From contig JAFEAZ010000008.1 in the NCBI GenBank assembly GCA_018266085.1, positions 3,278-67,277 on the forward strand: a stretch of DNA of 64,000 nucleotides, given 5' to 3'. Under the pieces are notes generated by a model, which was not told the origin of the DNA, ran no database searches, and saw only the letters and a list, made by a program, of their open reading frames with translations. The position numbers and the translations under genes are program-made. This DNA is from Candidatus Babelota bacterium (GTDB lineage Bacteria > Babelota > Babeliae > Babelales > Vermiphilaceae). How positions within the stretch are numbered: position 1 is the first letter of the stretch; the number at the start of each line of letters is the position of its first letter. Positions 53,405 to 61,661 of this stretch are shown here, one piece after another.

Positions 53405-54439
53405 TTAAATAACGAAATAGATGTTGAGCATAATAATCAGAAGATGCAACACGACGATGAAAGTTTTTCGATACAAAAGCCCTATGCCTTGTGAGAATTC
53501 ATCAAGCAGCAGAAACACGAAAGCAATAAAAATCGCAGCTAAGAAAATAAAGAACAGGTAATCTGAAAGCATAAAATAGCCTACCGCTGGCGAAAGCCTA
53601 TCGATAATGAAGCGGAAACTGATTAAAGCGGTAAGACCTACCGTTGGCAAGTAAAATTGGGAAGAGCTGCTGGTTGAAAAACCGAATAAAGAAAGATAGA
53701 AGAAGGTCAGCATAGGGAAAATGATCGATATAATGTAGCGATAGCTTGTTCTTGTGAAATCGATAAAGAAATCAATACAGGGGTCATAATTAGAGCGTTC
53801 ATGATCGGTATGTTCTACGGAATCGAAAGAAATCTTTCGGTACCCATAACGAACATATCTGTCGAGCATAGTCCAGCCGAAAGGTTGCGCATTGGCAGTA
53901 ATGTTAAAGTACCGATGCTCTGATACGAAGATTATCTCTTCAGGATCTAAGAAGATGTTGGTGAGTCTCAGGGTGACTCGATGCTCATCTAAAGGGAAAT
54001 AGGTATATGATAAAGGAGTTGAGAATTGAAGTCGTATACGATATTGTACCAACAGTTTTTTTTTCTCTAAAGAGATGATCGGTTCAGAAACGGACAATAA
54101 AGTGCCTCGTTGAAAGCTGAACTTATTCAACCTTTCGAGGTTGATAATGCTTGGGTCTGCAAGAAACCATAATGTGCCGACAATAACAAAATTATTGTTG
54201 ATAACATCGAATGTTTCATACTGTTCAATGGCAAGCCCGGTGAGAATCTTTGTATAGAAATCGCCAAATCTGGCCAGTGATATAGGATTATAGTCATTCA
54301 AAATTTCAATAGGATCTACCGGATCAAAGTTGCGGAGCTTATGGAGATAGATACCGGACAAGATGGTAATACTCAGAGCAATAAGCACGAGCTGGAACGG
54401 TATAGATACAAACAGTTGCGGTTTTTTTGATGCTGACAT
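53405..54439 (-). CDS. prokaryotic pentameric ligand-gated ion channel (Cys-loop receptor family) homologue
   Basis: YFPLDEHRVTLRL (F/Y-P-x-D loop without cysteines). M1 YRYIISIIFPMLTFFYLS. M2-M3 LSPAVGYFMLSDYLF. Four C-terminal TMs with a short M3-M4 loop. N-terminal signal anchor. Confidence 0.7.
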   Translation of the reverse strand: MSASKKPQLFVSIPFQLVLIALSITILSGIYLHKLRNFDPVDPIEILNDYNPISLARFGDFYTKILTGLAIEQYETFDVINNNFVIVGTLWFLADPSIINLERLNKFSFQRGTLLSVSEPIISLEKKKLLVQYRIRLQFSTPLSYTYFPLDEHRVTLRLTNIFLDPEEIIFVSEHRYFNITANAQPFGWTMLDRYVRYGYRKISFDSVEHTDHERSNYDPCIDFFIDFTRTSYRYIISIIFPMLTFFYLSLFGFSTSSSSQFYLPTVGLTALISFRFIIDRLSPAVGYFMLSDYLFFIFLAAIFIAFVFLLLDEFSQGIGLLYRKTFIVVLHLLIIMLNIYFVI

Positions 54440-54652
54440 GATTACAGACCTTTTTTTGAGTCGCTTATGAGTATAGTTATCTACTTACCATGTGCAAAAC
54501 AGGCTTGTCAATGATAATGGTGGCAGCGTAAGTGTCATGTCAAAATGAGCCATAGATGAACTCCTAGAGTGCTCGTTTCTTGAGAAATTCTCACGCTTTG
54601 TTACTGTAATAAAAAGCACGTATATCCTTTTTAACGCTAACAAAGGTTTTTT

Positions 54653-55192
54653 ATGCACGAACAGGATCTTCGACCACAGACCAACCAAGGAGAAACAGAT
54701 AATGAAAGCGTACAAACGCAGGAGACTGTCACCCTCGGGCTTGATCAATGCCGCCAAGAAATGGCTCAATGGAAAGAGCGATGCATGCGCATGACTGCCG
54801 ATTTTGAAAATTACAAAAGGCGCACAGAGAAAGAGCAGTCTTCATGGATGCGTTCAAGCAAGATGATGACATTGCGCGCCCTTTTACCAGTAATCGATAT
54901 TGTTGAGTTAGCATTGCTTGATTGCGCAAAGCGTGATCGCACTCCTGAAAATGAATCTTTTATTGCGGGTATTCAGATGATGGGTGCCGCTTTTCATAAG
55001 TTTTTAGAATCATCAGACGTGACAGACATCAAGCAAGTAACGCAGTTTGATCCTCTATTGCATGAAGCGATTGTACAGGTTGAATCTGATCAGCATCAAT
55101 CGGGTGATATTGTTGCTGTGCTACAAAAGGGATACCTGTTTGGCAAAGAGCAAGAAGTATTGAGACCTGCAAAGGTAAGCGTTGCCAAATAA
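54653..55192 (+). CDS. grpE: nucleotide exchange factor GrpE
   Basis: RMTADFENYKRRTEKE and the C-terminal LQKGYLFGKEQEVLRPAKVSV signature. Confidence 0.9.
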   Translation: MHEQDLRPQTNQGETDNESVQTQETVTLGLDQCRQEMAQWKERCMRMTADFENYKRRTEKEQSSWMRSSKMMTLRALLPVIDIVELALLDCAKRDRTPENESFIAGIQMMGAAFHKFLESSDVTDIKQVTQFDPLLHEAIVQVESDQHQSGDIVAVLQKGYLFGKEQEVLRPAKVSVAK

Positions 55193-55204
55193 GGAGCTAT
55201 CCAG

Positions 55205-55807
55205 ATGCATACAATTTTACTTGGTTCCAGCTCCCCATCACGCAAGCAGCTTTTGATGGATGCGAAATTCTCTTTTCGGGTGATCGGTCATTCTGCCGAT
55301 GAGACCGCCTGCGACTGGGGGCAACCGTTACAGAAATTGGTAGAATCCATAGCGCTCAGCAAAATGGAGCATGTCGATATCAGGCCGGGAAAGACGGGTG
55401 GCTACTGTTTTGTCTTGACGGCAGATACCTTGTCACAAGATAGTCAAGGTGTTATCAGTGGTAAGCCGCTTGATCGTGAAGATGCTCGGACCAAGCTCAA
55501 AGCGGCTCGTAATGGTATGTATACAGGCACCGCATTCTGTCTTGATCGACGCGTATGGCACAATAACGCGTGGCGCGTTGACAAGCGCATTGTTCGGTTT
55601 GTCGGAGCGCAGTATACATTTGTCGTGCCTGATGAATGGATTGAGACCTATCTTGATGCCTCGTTGGGTCTTAACGCATCGGGTGCTATTGCCATCGAAG
55701 GGTATGGCGGTCTTTTCTTGCAAGAAGTGCAGGGTTCTTATACAACGATCGTAGGGCTTCCTCTTTTTGAACTGCGCCAAGCATTGACCGAAATTGGATT
55801 TTTTTAA
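55205..55807 (+). CDS. maf: Maf-like nucleoside triphosphate pyrophosphatase
   Basis: ILLGSSSPSRKQLL, TADTL, GAIAIEGYGGLFLQEVQGSYTTIVGLPL. Confidence 0.85.
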   Translation: MHTILLGSSSPSRKQLLMDAKFSFRVIGHSADETACDWGQPLQKLVESIALSKMEHVDIRPGKTGGYCFVLTADTLSQDSQGVISGKPLDREDARTKLKAARNGMYTGTAFCLDRRVWHNNAWRVDKRIVRFVGAQYTFVVPDEWIETYLDASLGLNASGAIAIEGYGGLFLQEVQGSYTTIVGLPLFELRQALTEIGFF

Positions 55808-55813
55808 GGTAGT

Positions 55814-56377
55814 ATGATGGATAAAATAAAGAAATTGGAAAATCAGAATATCGATTTAGTGCCGCTTGAGCGAGAGAATCTTGATGAGTTGGTCAACAAT
55901 TTTACCTTTGCGTGGGTTGGCGCAGAAAAAACAGGCGCTCGCTGGCAGGAGTGGTACGCACAACATGAATCGGGCGAACGATTTGTCTGTTTAGTCAAAA
56001 AAGATGGTCGTATTGTTGGCTACGGATCGTTGCTTGCAGAATCAACCTACAAGCCTTTTGAAGAGGATGAGGTATTTGAGATAGCTGATGTATGGATTGC
56101 CAAGCCAGAACGAGAACAGGGGCTTGCTACGTTACTCATAACCTATTTCGAATCTATTGCTCACGATGAAGAGGCTACGTACATCGGCATGGGTGTTCCA
56201 CTCTATGCTGCTTATGCGGCGGCGCAGTGTCTGTGTGTCCGTCTTGGCTATCTGCCTGATGGCCAAGGCATGACCTACAAAGGAGTGCCGGTAGTGCCGG
56301 GCAAGCAGTATTCTGTCGATGATGATTTGCGTCTATGGTTTATTAAAGATCTTTCTGCTCAGCAGGACGAAGAGTAG
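55814..56377 (+). CDS. GNAT-family N-acetyltransferase
   Basis: ADVWIAKPEREQGLATLLITYFESIA resembles the acetyl-CoA binding motif A region. Confidence 0.55.
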   Translation: MMDKIKKLENQNIDLVPLERENLDELVNNFTFAWVGAEKTGARWQEWYAQHESGERFVCLVKKDGRIVGYGSLLAESTYKPFEEDEVFEIADVWIAKPEREQGLATLLITYFESIAHDEEATYIGMGVPLYAAYAAAQCLCVRLGYLPDGQGMTYKGVPVVPGKQYSVDDDLRLWFIKDLSAQQDEE

Positions 56378-56382
56378 GCTTT

Positions 56383-56655
56383 TTAAAAAAGATCACTTTT
56401 GAGCGGTTGCCATGAACAGCATGAGCCCAAGCGCCGCACGATTGCCCAGATCGCTTTCGGCACCGACTGTGAGCGCAGCTGGGCTACGGCAAATGACGTG
56501 CAGCCACGCTGGTAGCGGCAACGGGCAGGCCCGAAGAGCGGTCTTATGCAGACCAACAAGACACAGACCATTTCTACAACAAAGCTACGATTATCAAAAG
56601 GTTGTGTATTTTGTTCGTAGGCTAGGCAGTTTGCAGGATTTTTTAAAGGGATCAT
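56383..56655 (-). CDS. yidD: membrane protein insertion efficiency factor YidD
   Basis: CRYQRGCTSFAVAQL (compare the CRF-x-P-x-CS-x-Y core). Position after rnpA with an ATGA overlap. N-terminal extent uncertain. Confidence 0.6.
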   Translation of the reverse strand: MIPLKNPANCLAYEQNTQPFDNRSFVVEMVCVLLVCIRPLFGPARCRYQRGCTSFAVAQLRSQSVPKAIWAIVRRLGSCCSWQPLKSDLF

Positions 56656-57005
56656 GCCTCATGAGCCTCTATGCGTCCCGAATAGCTACTTAATGATGCA
56701 GCAACAAGAGCAACCAACTGATCAAAAGGCAGAGTCATACCAGCTTTCTTGATTACAAAAGCGCAATCATAGGACGAGCTTAAAGGTTGCTGCTCGTGGA
56801 AAATTGCTTTGATGCGTCGACGAATTCTGTTTCTTTGTACGGCATTGCCAGTGCGGCGTGAGGTGACGACAAGGAGTTTTGGGTGCTGCGTGGCGCGATT
56901 GGCCAGCAGGATATCGAAGGCAGGGTGCCGCACGATTCGTCGAGCTTGACGAAAAAAGAGAGCGGCCTCCTGCGTATTGAAAGATTCTCTAGGCGCGAAC
57001 TGCAA
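56652..57005 (-). CDS. rnpA: ribonuclease P protein component
   Basis: [24 protein letters not shown] signature. The TTG start overlaps the rpmH 3' end by 17 nt, so the true start is uncertain. Confidence 0.75.
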   Translation of the reverse strand: MQFAPRESFNTQEAALFFRQARRIVRHPAFDILLANRATQHPKLLVVTSRRTGNAVQRNRIRRRIKAIFHEQQPLSSSYDCAFVIKKAGMTLPFDQLVALVAASLSSYSGRIEAHEA

Positions 57006-57132
57006 GGCGTTTTCTACCTTTAGCGCGACGACGGTTGATTATTTTTCTGCCATCATGGGTTGCCATGCGCGCGCGGAATCCGTGCTTACGATTACGTTTT
57101 TTACGGCTTTTTCTAAAGAAAGTAACTGACAT
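56989..57132 (-). CDS. rpmH: 50S ribosomal protein L34
   Basis: Manual translation: [47 protein letters not shown]. At 47 aa it is below the ORF-track cutoff. Matches the L34 consensus HGFRARM...GRK...[10 protein letters not shown]. Confidence 0.9.
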   Translation of the reverse strand: MSVTFFRKSRKKRNRKHGFRARMATHDGRKIINRRRAKGRKRLAVRA

Positions 57133-57388
57133 ACTGGTCCTATGGGTAGGTGGCTAGCGCCACGATACGATCGATTTTGCTTTCAATAAACTATGTTTAG
57201 TGTACGACTAAATCGTTTCTTTTTCAATCGGTTTTTATGAGATGTGCTATCAGGAAAGTTTCGGAGGCATAGATAGTAATTAATTGCTCTAGGAATGAGG
57301 TTTTTGGGTTGACAAACTGGATTGAGACCAGTAGCTTGATGCGGTCGAATAAGTATATGTTACATCTTTATGGAAGAAGGTATTTTTA

Positions 57389-57862
57389 ATGATACGCGCA
57401 CGCTCTAACAAACTAGCTTTGTACCTACTTTTGGCAGCAACCTGTTTTGGTCAACTATCGGCTCAGACTCCGCGCTGTACCAGCGATTGGCTAAAAGGGA
57501 AAAATGGTTTAATTTTGGCCCTCGCTGCAGTCTGTACAGCAGGCTTGGTGGCAAAACCGACAAAGGGCGACCATGCACTTTCACCAGAGCTCTTTTTTAA
57601 AGATCCAGCTACCTGGTGCAGAAATGCATTTGGCTGGCGCTCTAAAGCTCCAAAGATTAAATCTATTGATGAAGAAACCGGGCTACCAATCTACAAAGCA
57701 GGGTATGATGGACAAGGCTTTTTAGGTTCTGTGGAAGAACTAGGCAAAGCATTGGCCCCCTTTGCAGGGTTGGCGTTTTTTACGAAGGCGCTTGATCCGC
57801 TCTGCTGGACCTTTGGTACCGTGAAAGATGCTCTTGTGCAAGATGGAGCGATTGTTGCATAA
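57389..57862 (+). CDS. hypothetical secreted protein
   Basis: Signal peptide MIRARSNKLALYLLLAATCFGQLSA. No recognisable domain. Confidence 0.5.
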   Translation: MIRARSNKLALYLLLAATCFGQLSAQTPRCTSDWLKGKNGLILALAAVCTAGLVAKPTKGDHALSPELFFKDPATWCRNAFGWRSKAPKIKSIDEETGLPIYKAGYDGQGFLGSVEELGKALAPFAGLAFFTKALDPLCWTFGTVKDALVQDGAIVA

Positions 57863-57976
57863 CAAGAGATAGATTGCATCATAACGCGAGACTATTTAAA
57901 CTGGTGGCATAGCTGTTTTGAGCCTATGCCACCAGTTTTTTTGCACGAAACCAGTTCGCCCTGAAAGGATCTGCCC

Positions 57977-58711
57977 ATGTCCAAAAAAGAACGATTAGAT
58001 CTCTTACTCCAAGAGCGTATGCCTGAGCGCAGCAGGCAGCAGATTCAGAGCTGGATCATGCAAGGCAAAGTGCGGGTTGATGGACAGGTAATTACTAAGG
58101 CGGGCACACATGTTGCTCCCGATCTGTCTCTTGAGGTTGATTCCTATGAGCCGCCCTATGTCAGCCGTGCCGGCTTCAAGCTCGAAAAAGCGCTTGCCGA
58201 TTTTGGTATTGCCGTTGCCGGGTGCACCGTACTCGATGCAGGGCTTTCTACCGGTGGTTTTACCGACTGTTTGTTGCAGCAGGGTGCGCGTAAGATTTAT
58301 GGCGTTGATGTTGGCTACGGGCAGGCGCATGAGAAGATACGGGCCGATGAACGAGTCGTGGTCATGGAGCGCACGAATCTGCGTGAGTTGCGCACGGTAG
58401 GTGAACTGGTTGACATGGTAACGTTAGATCTCTCGTTTATCTCGATTCTTAAGGTGATAGAGGCTGTACACAGCCTGTTAAAGCCTGGTGGCATCCTGGT
58501 CACGCTTATTAAACCGCAATTTGAAGCTGGCCGCCACGATGTAGGCAAGGGTGGTATTGTCAAAGATCCTGCCGTACATGAGCGTGTTATCGATGAGATA
58601 ACGCGCGGCGTCTGTCAGCAGGGTTTTGTCTACAAAGGTTGTATACCATCCCCTATTTTGGGCACAACGGGGAATAAAGAGTTTTTGGCCTACTTTATTC
58701 GTAACGATTAA
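57977..58711 (+). CDS. tlyA: TlyA-family rRNA 2'-O-methyltransferase
   Basis: S4 domain (RLDLLLQERMPERSRQQIQSWIMQGKVRVDGQ), YVSRAGFKLEKAL, SAM motif LDAGLSTGGFTDCLLQQGA, DLSFISI. Confidence 0.9.
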   Translation: MSKKERLDLLLQERMPERSRQQIQSWIMQGKVRVDGQVITKAGTHVAPDLSLEVDSYEPPYVSRAGFKLEKALADFGIAVAGCTVLDAGLSTGGFTDCLLQQGARKIYGVDVGYGQAHEKIRADERVVVMERTNLRELRTVGELVDMVTLDLSFISILKVIEAVHSLLKPGGILVTLIKPQFEAGRHDVGKGGIVKDPAVHERVIDEITRGVCQQGFVYKGCIPSPILGTTGNKEFLAYFIRND

Positions 58712-58775
58712 AAAAGCAGGTTTTTCTGGTGCTTTTTCATTTTTTTTGTTACAAACTATAGAGTCTTTTTGTAAT

Positions 58776-58852
58776 GCGCCCGTAGCTCAACTGGATAGAG
58801 TATCAGACTTCGAATCTGAGGGTTGCAGGTTCGACCCCTGCCGGGCGCACCA
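58776..58852 (+). tRNA. tRNA-Arg(TCG), encoded CCA
   Basis: GCGCCCG/TA/GCTC-AACTGGATA-GAGT/A/TCAGA-CTTCGAA-TCTGA/GGGTT/GCAGG-TTCGACC-CCTGC/CGGGCGC-A-CCA. Confidence 0.85.
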
Positions 58853-58857
58853 TGTTT

Positions 58858-58944
58858 CGCTTATCCGGGGCTACCGCCTCGGCAAGCTACGCATGGCTAC
58901 GCCAGTCTACGTCTATCCGGGCCTGCAGGCTCGGCAGACTACGC
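58858..58944. repeat. two tandem tRNA-trailer hairpin elements (58858-58892 and 58910-58944)
   Basis: cgcttatccggggctaccgcctcggcaagctacgc and cgtctatccgggcctgcaggctcggcagactacgc. Same family and same orientation relative to the tRNA as the copy at 24324-24358. Confidence 0.75.
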
Positions 58945-59001
58945 CGGGCGCGGCCAGTCAAATGAGTGATTTCTTAAAATATTTTAGATTCGTAACATTT
59001 T

Positions 59002-59075
59002 GTGCCCGTAGCTCAGGTGGATAGAGCGGTAGATTCCTAATCTGCAGGCCACTGGTTCGAGTCCAGTCGGGCACA
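59002..59075 (+). tRNA. tRNA-Arg(CCT), no encoded CCA
   Basis: GTGCCCG/TA/GCTC-AGGTGGATA-GAGC/G/GTAGA-TTCCTAA-TCTGC/AGGCC/ACTGG-TTCGAGT-CCAGT/CGGGCAC-A. Confidence 0.85.
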
Positions 59076-59094
59076 ATAAGTTATATTAAATTGT

Positions 59095-59222
59095 GTGTTC
59101 GTAGCTCAGGTGAAAAGAGAGAATAGATTCCGTAATCTGCCGTCAGTCCTGCGAAGCTTGCCAAGCCAGAAGACATGGATAAGCGCAGAAGGAAGGCCAC
59201 TGGTTCGAGTCCAGCGTTTAGC
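59095..59222 (+). pseudogene. decayed duplicate of tRNA-Arg(CCT) interrupted by a tRNA-trailer repeat copy
   Basis: Shares cgtagctcaggtg...tagattcc(g)taatctgc and aggccactggttcgagtccag with the gene 20 nt upstream. It has an 8-nt anticodon loop, a ~56-nt insertion at the variable-loop position, and non-complementary acceptor arms (gtgttcg / cgtttag). Confidence 0.7.
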
Positions 59223-59297
59223 CCTCTGTAGTTTTAACGAAGTACGGGCGACAGTTTGTGTGTCTGCCTAAGCGCTCCTCATTTTCAACAATGAATA

Positions 59298-60227
59298 TTA
59301 CGATCGATTCGGTGCGTGATAACCGTTGCCCAACCGATTTTCCAGTGCAACAGCACGCTCTCGAAAGCGATTAGCTCGTGCAAGATGTGTTGGGTGTGTT
59401 GAAAACCAATTGGAGATAGCGTGAGTATTTTTTTTATCTACTTGCTTACTCTGTTGTGTAGCATACTTATTCAGCGCAAGTCTCATTAATGCATTATTGT
59501 GTTTTTTTTCGAATTCCTTGGCCTTTGCGTGCAAAAGATCAGGTTCATTGGGTACGCACTCATCCGCTTCCCATTCACACTTACGAGAAAGTGCTCGTTC
59601 TGCTAAATCACCTATTTTTTCTTTGGCCAGAATAAATGGACCAGCGCTTAATAGTAATAAAATTTTCATAGGCGAAAGAGGTGTTGTACGACAAACTTCT
59701 CTCATTGCTGTAGCTAACACACTTGTTACAACACAACCATCTATGGTCCTGGCTACCTTTAAAATATTTTTATTAAACTGTTCCTTTCTATCGCGATGCT
59801 TACACGATAAATGACCTGCTTCGTGATAAATGGAACCCTCTGCTTGTAGGTAATTTTGTCTGACTTGTTCTTCGTATCGCTTTTTAATCGTATCAATAGA
59901 GGCTGTAGAATCTAAATTATTTTTTTCGCAAATAATAGTATTTAACTGATCATAAGGCACAAGTATTTCTTCTCTGGAAGCCGTATATCTATCTGAAGAC
60001 CCAACCTTAATCGACTCAGGATTCTCCACTGAGCTCTTTTTCAATACCTGCCTAACGAATTCAATAACCTGATCTTTTGTTTCTGGCTGGTTTTTTGGTT
60101 GCTCCTGGGTTGAACTCTTACCAAACGGCCACAGAGTATGTGTCATAGGCGCATAAGTTACCGAAAGCCCCAAACAAAGCACTATATGCTTACATGTGTT
60201 CATAGAAGACAGGATGAGTTTCTTCAT
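59298..60227 (-). CDS. M48-family zinc metallopeptidase-like secreted protein
   Basis: Signal peptide, HEAGHLSCKH (HExxH), and the distal FSTHPTHLARANRF, typical of M48. Confidence 0.65.
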   Translation of the reverse strand: MKKLILSSMNTCKHIVLCLGLSVTYAPMTHTLWPFGKSSTQEQPKNQPETKDQVIEFVRQVLKKSSVENPESIKVGSSDRYTASREEILVPYDQLNTIICEKNNLDSTASIDTIKKRYEEQVRQNYLQAEGSIYHEAGHLSCKHRDRKEQFNKNILKVARTIDGCVVTSVLATAMREVCRTTPLSPMKILLLLSAGPFILAKEKIGDLAERALSRKCEWEADECVPNEPDLLHAKAKEFEKKHNNALMRLALNKYATQQSKQVDKKNTHAISNWFSTHPTHLARANRFRERAVALENRLGNGYHAPNRS

Positions 60228-60849
60228 AAGAATAAATCTCCATTACTTTGACACTCTTTAAGAAAGCTTCCCTACAGGCCACCCGCAAGATATTATAATT
60301 TTGTTATATATTGCTAATTGTAACTCTTTTGGCCAAAAAATCAATAGGATAGGGGCTTTTTAGGTTTGAACCAAGGAGGTTATGGGGGAATCCCCTGTAC
60401 TCTAGGGCGAGGCTTGAAGGATAGGCGCTGCAGTAAGTAATATTCAGAATGCAGCCCGCTTGCCAATTTCCTGTGCTACATAGTCAGGATCAAGAGCTGA
60501 GCCTTCCAGTTCTCACCATACGGTGTCATCTACTTTTTCCAAAAGGCGAGAAAAGCGATTAAACCAAATACCATCATTGGTAGTGCATACTTGCTCAGTT
60601 GAGGAAGCATCATAACGGGCAAATAATGAGCGTATATGTCCAGTTTTTGTAAATGAGGCTTGTGGAGATACGCATCATTGTTAAAACTCGCAAGCAGTAT
60701 GGAGCGGTCTGGTGTGCTTAAGCCTGCGGTAATGCCTTCTATAAAATAGGTTGCCGGGAGTGTTGGTGCATAATACCATTGATCGCTATACTGTAATATA
60801 GTATAATGAGATTAGAATTTTACCAAATTTCCAGAAAGTTGTGCTGTTT

Positions 60850-61005
60850 ATGGCTGTTAAATGGGTAATAAAGTATTGGCCGCCAAAAGATAAGCATGTT
60901 GTTGTTTTGTTAACTGCTGGTGATAAATCGACGCAAGAGAACGATATAAAAATAGCCCGTTTACGATTGTCTGAAGTGCTTGAGCGCGGAGAAGAATTGT
61001 TATGA
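60850..61005 (+). pseudogene. addiction-module killer (RelE/ParE superfamily) C-terminal fragment
   Basis: Manual translation: MAVKWVIKYWPPKDKHVVVLLTAGDKSTQENDIKIARLRLSEVLERGEELL. The block VVLLTAGDKSTQ..DI..A matches the C-terminal part of killer-protein toxins. Only about 51 codons, with an in-frame stop at 60799. ATGA overlap with the antitoxin. TATAAT at 60802. Confidence 0.4.
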
Positions 61006-61310
61006 AATTGAAGAATTTTAAGGATTTGGTTGAGGAATGTCTCACCAAGCAAGAGATCGCCGAAATTGAGCAACAGGCCCAGTTAGAACTGCAAGCTATG
61101 CAGTCATTGCAAAGTTGCCTCAAGAAAGCCATGGATGATTACATGAAAAAGAATAAGGTGGGTTTTAATGAACTGGTCAGAAGGCTGAATTCAAATCCTA
61201 GACAGGTTGCCAAGATACAACAAGGCAAGGCTAATTTAACATTGGCTAGTATTGCACACATAGCAGCGTTGCTTGGGCAAGAGCCGACTATTGTTTTTAA
61301 AAAGAAATGA
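61002..61310 (+). CDS. XRE-family helix-turn-helix antitoxin-like protein
   Basis: GFNELVRRLNSNPRQVAKIQQGKANLTLASIAHIAALLGQEPTIVF is a typical HTH_XRE domain. Confidence 0.65.
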   Translation: MKLKNFKDLVEECLTKQEIAEIEQQAQLELQAMQSLQSCLKKAMDDYMKKNKVGFNELVRRLNSNPRQVAKIQQGKANLTLASIAHIAALLGQEPTIVFKKK

Positions 61311-61346
61311 TGTTCAGTTTTAAATCATTTAGCTATCTTCCCGTAT

Positions 61347-61661
61347 TCATTCTTTTGCTGGCATATTTCCCCATGATAGGAACAGAATCTCTTTCAACTC
61401 AAAACCAATGATGGGCAAGCGATGCATCTTATCGATGATTGTACGCTTATAGTGTATCCCTTCATGTTCTTCGACAAAAAGACCCGTGCTTTCAATCTGG
61501 GTGATAGTTGCACTACAACTATTCTTTGAGCCAATATATAGGTAATAATCATATCCAAAATGAATGCGCATGTTTTTTGCTTCAAGCTTACACCAGAGAT
61601 CTTCTCTTAATGCTAATCGTCTAACGCTCTTTATATAGTGCGACCATACGTTTGAGTACAC
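61347..61661 (-). CDS. hypothetical protein
   Basis: GTG-start ORF of 104 aa with protein-like composition. No recognisable domain. Confidence 0.3.
   Translation of the reverse strand: MYSNVWSHYIKSVRRLALREDLWCKLEAKNMRIHFGYDYYLYIGSKNSCSATITQIESTGLFVEEHEGIHYKRTIIDKMHRLPIIGFELKEILFLSWGNMPAKE

Noticed and set aside
54540-54600. Possible CIRCE (HrcA operator) upstream of grpE
   Set aside because: Only a partial half-site (tagagtgct) is present. The partner TTAGCACTC half at the 9-nt spacing is absent.
54485-54769. 94-aa minus-strand ORF overlapping the grpE start
   Set aside because: It overlaps the well-supported grpE frame on the opposite strand and extends into the intergenic region. No supporting features.
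57133-57388. Possible oriC next to rpmH
   Set aside because: I found no DnaA-box-like 9-mers or AT-rich 13-mer cluster by eye, and there is no dnaA gene adjacent.
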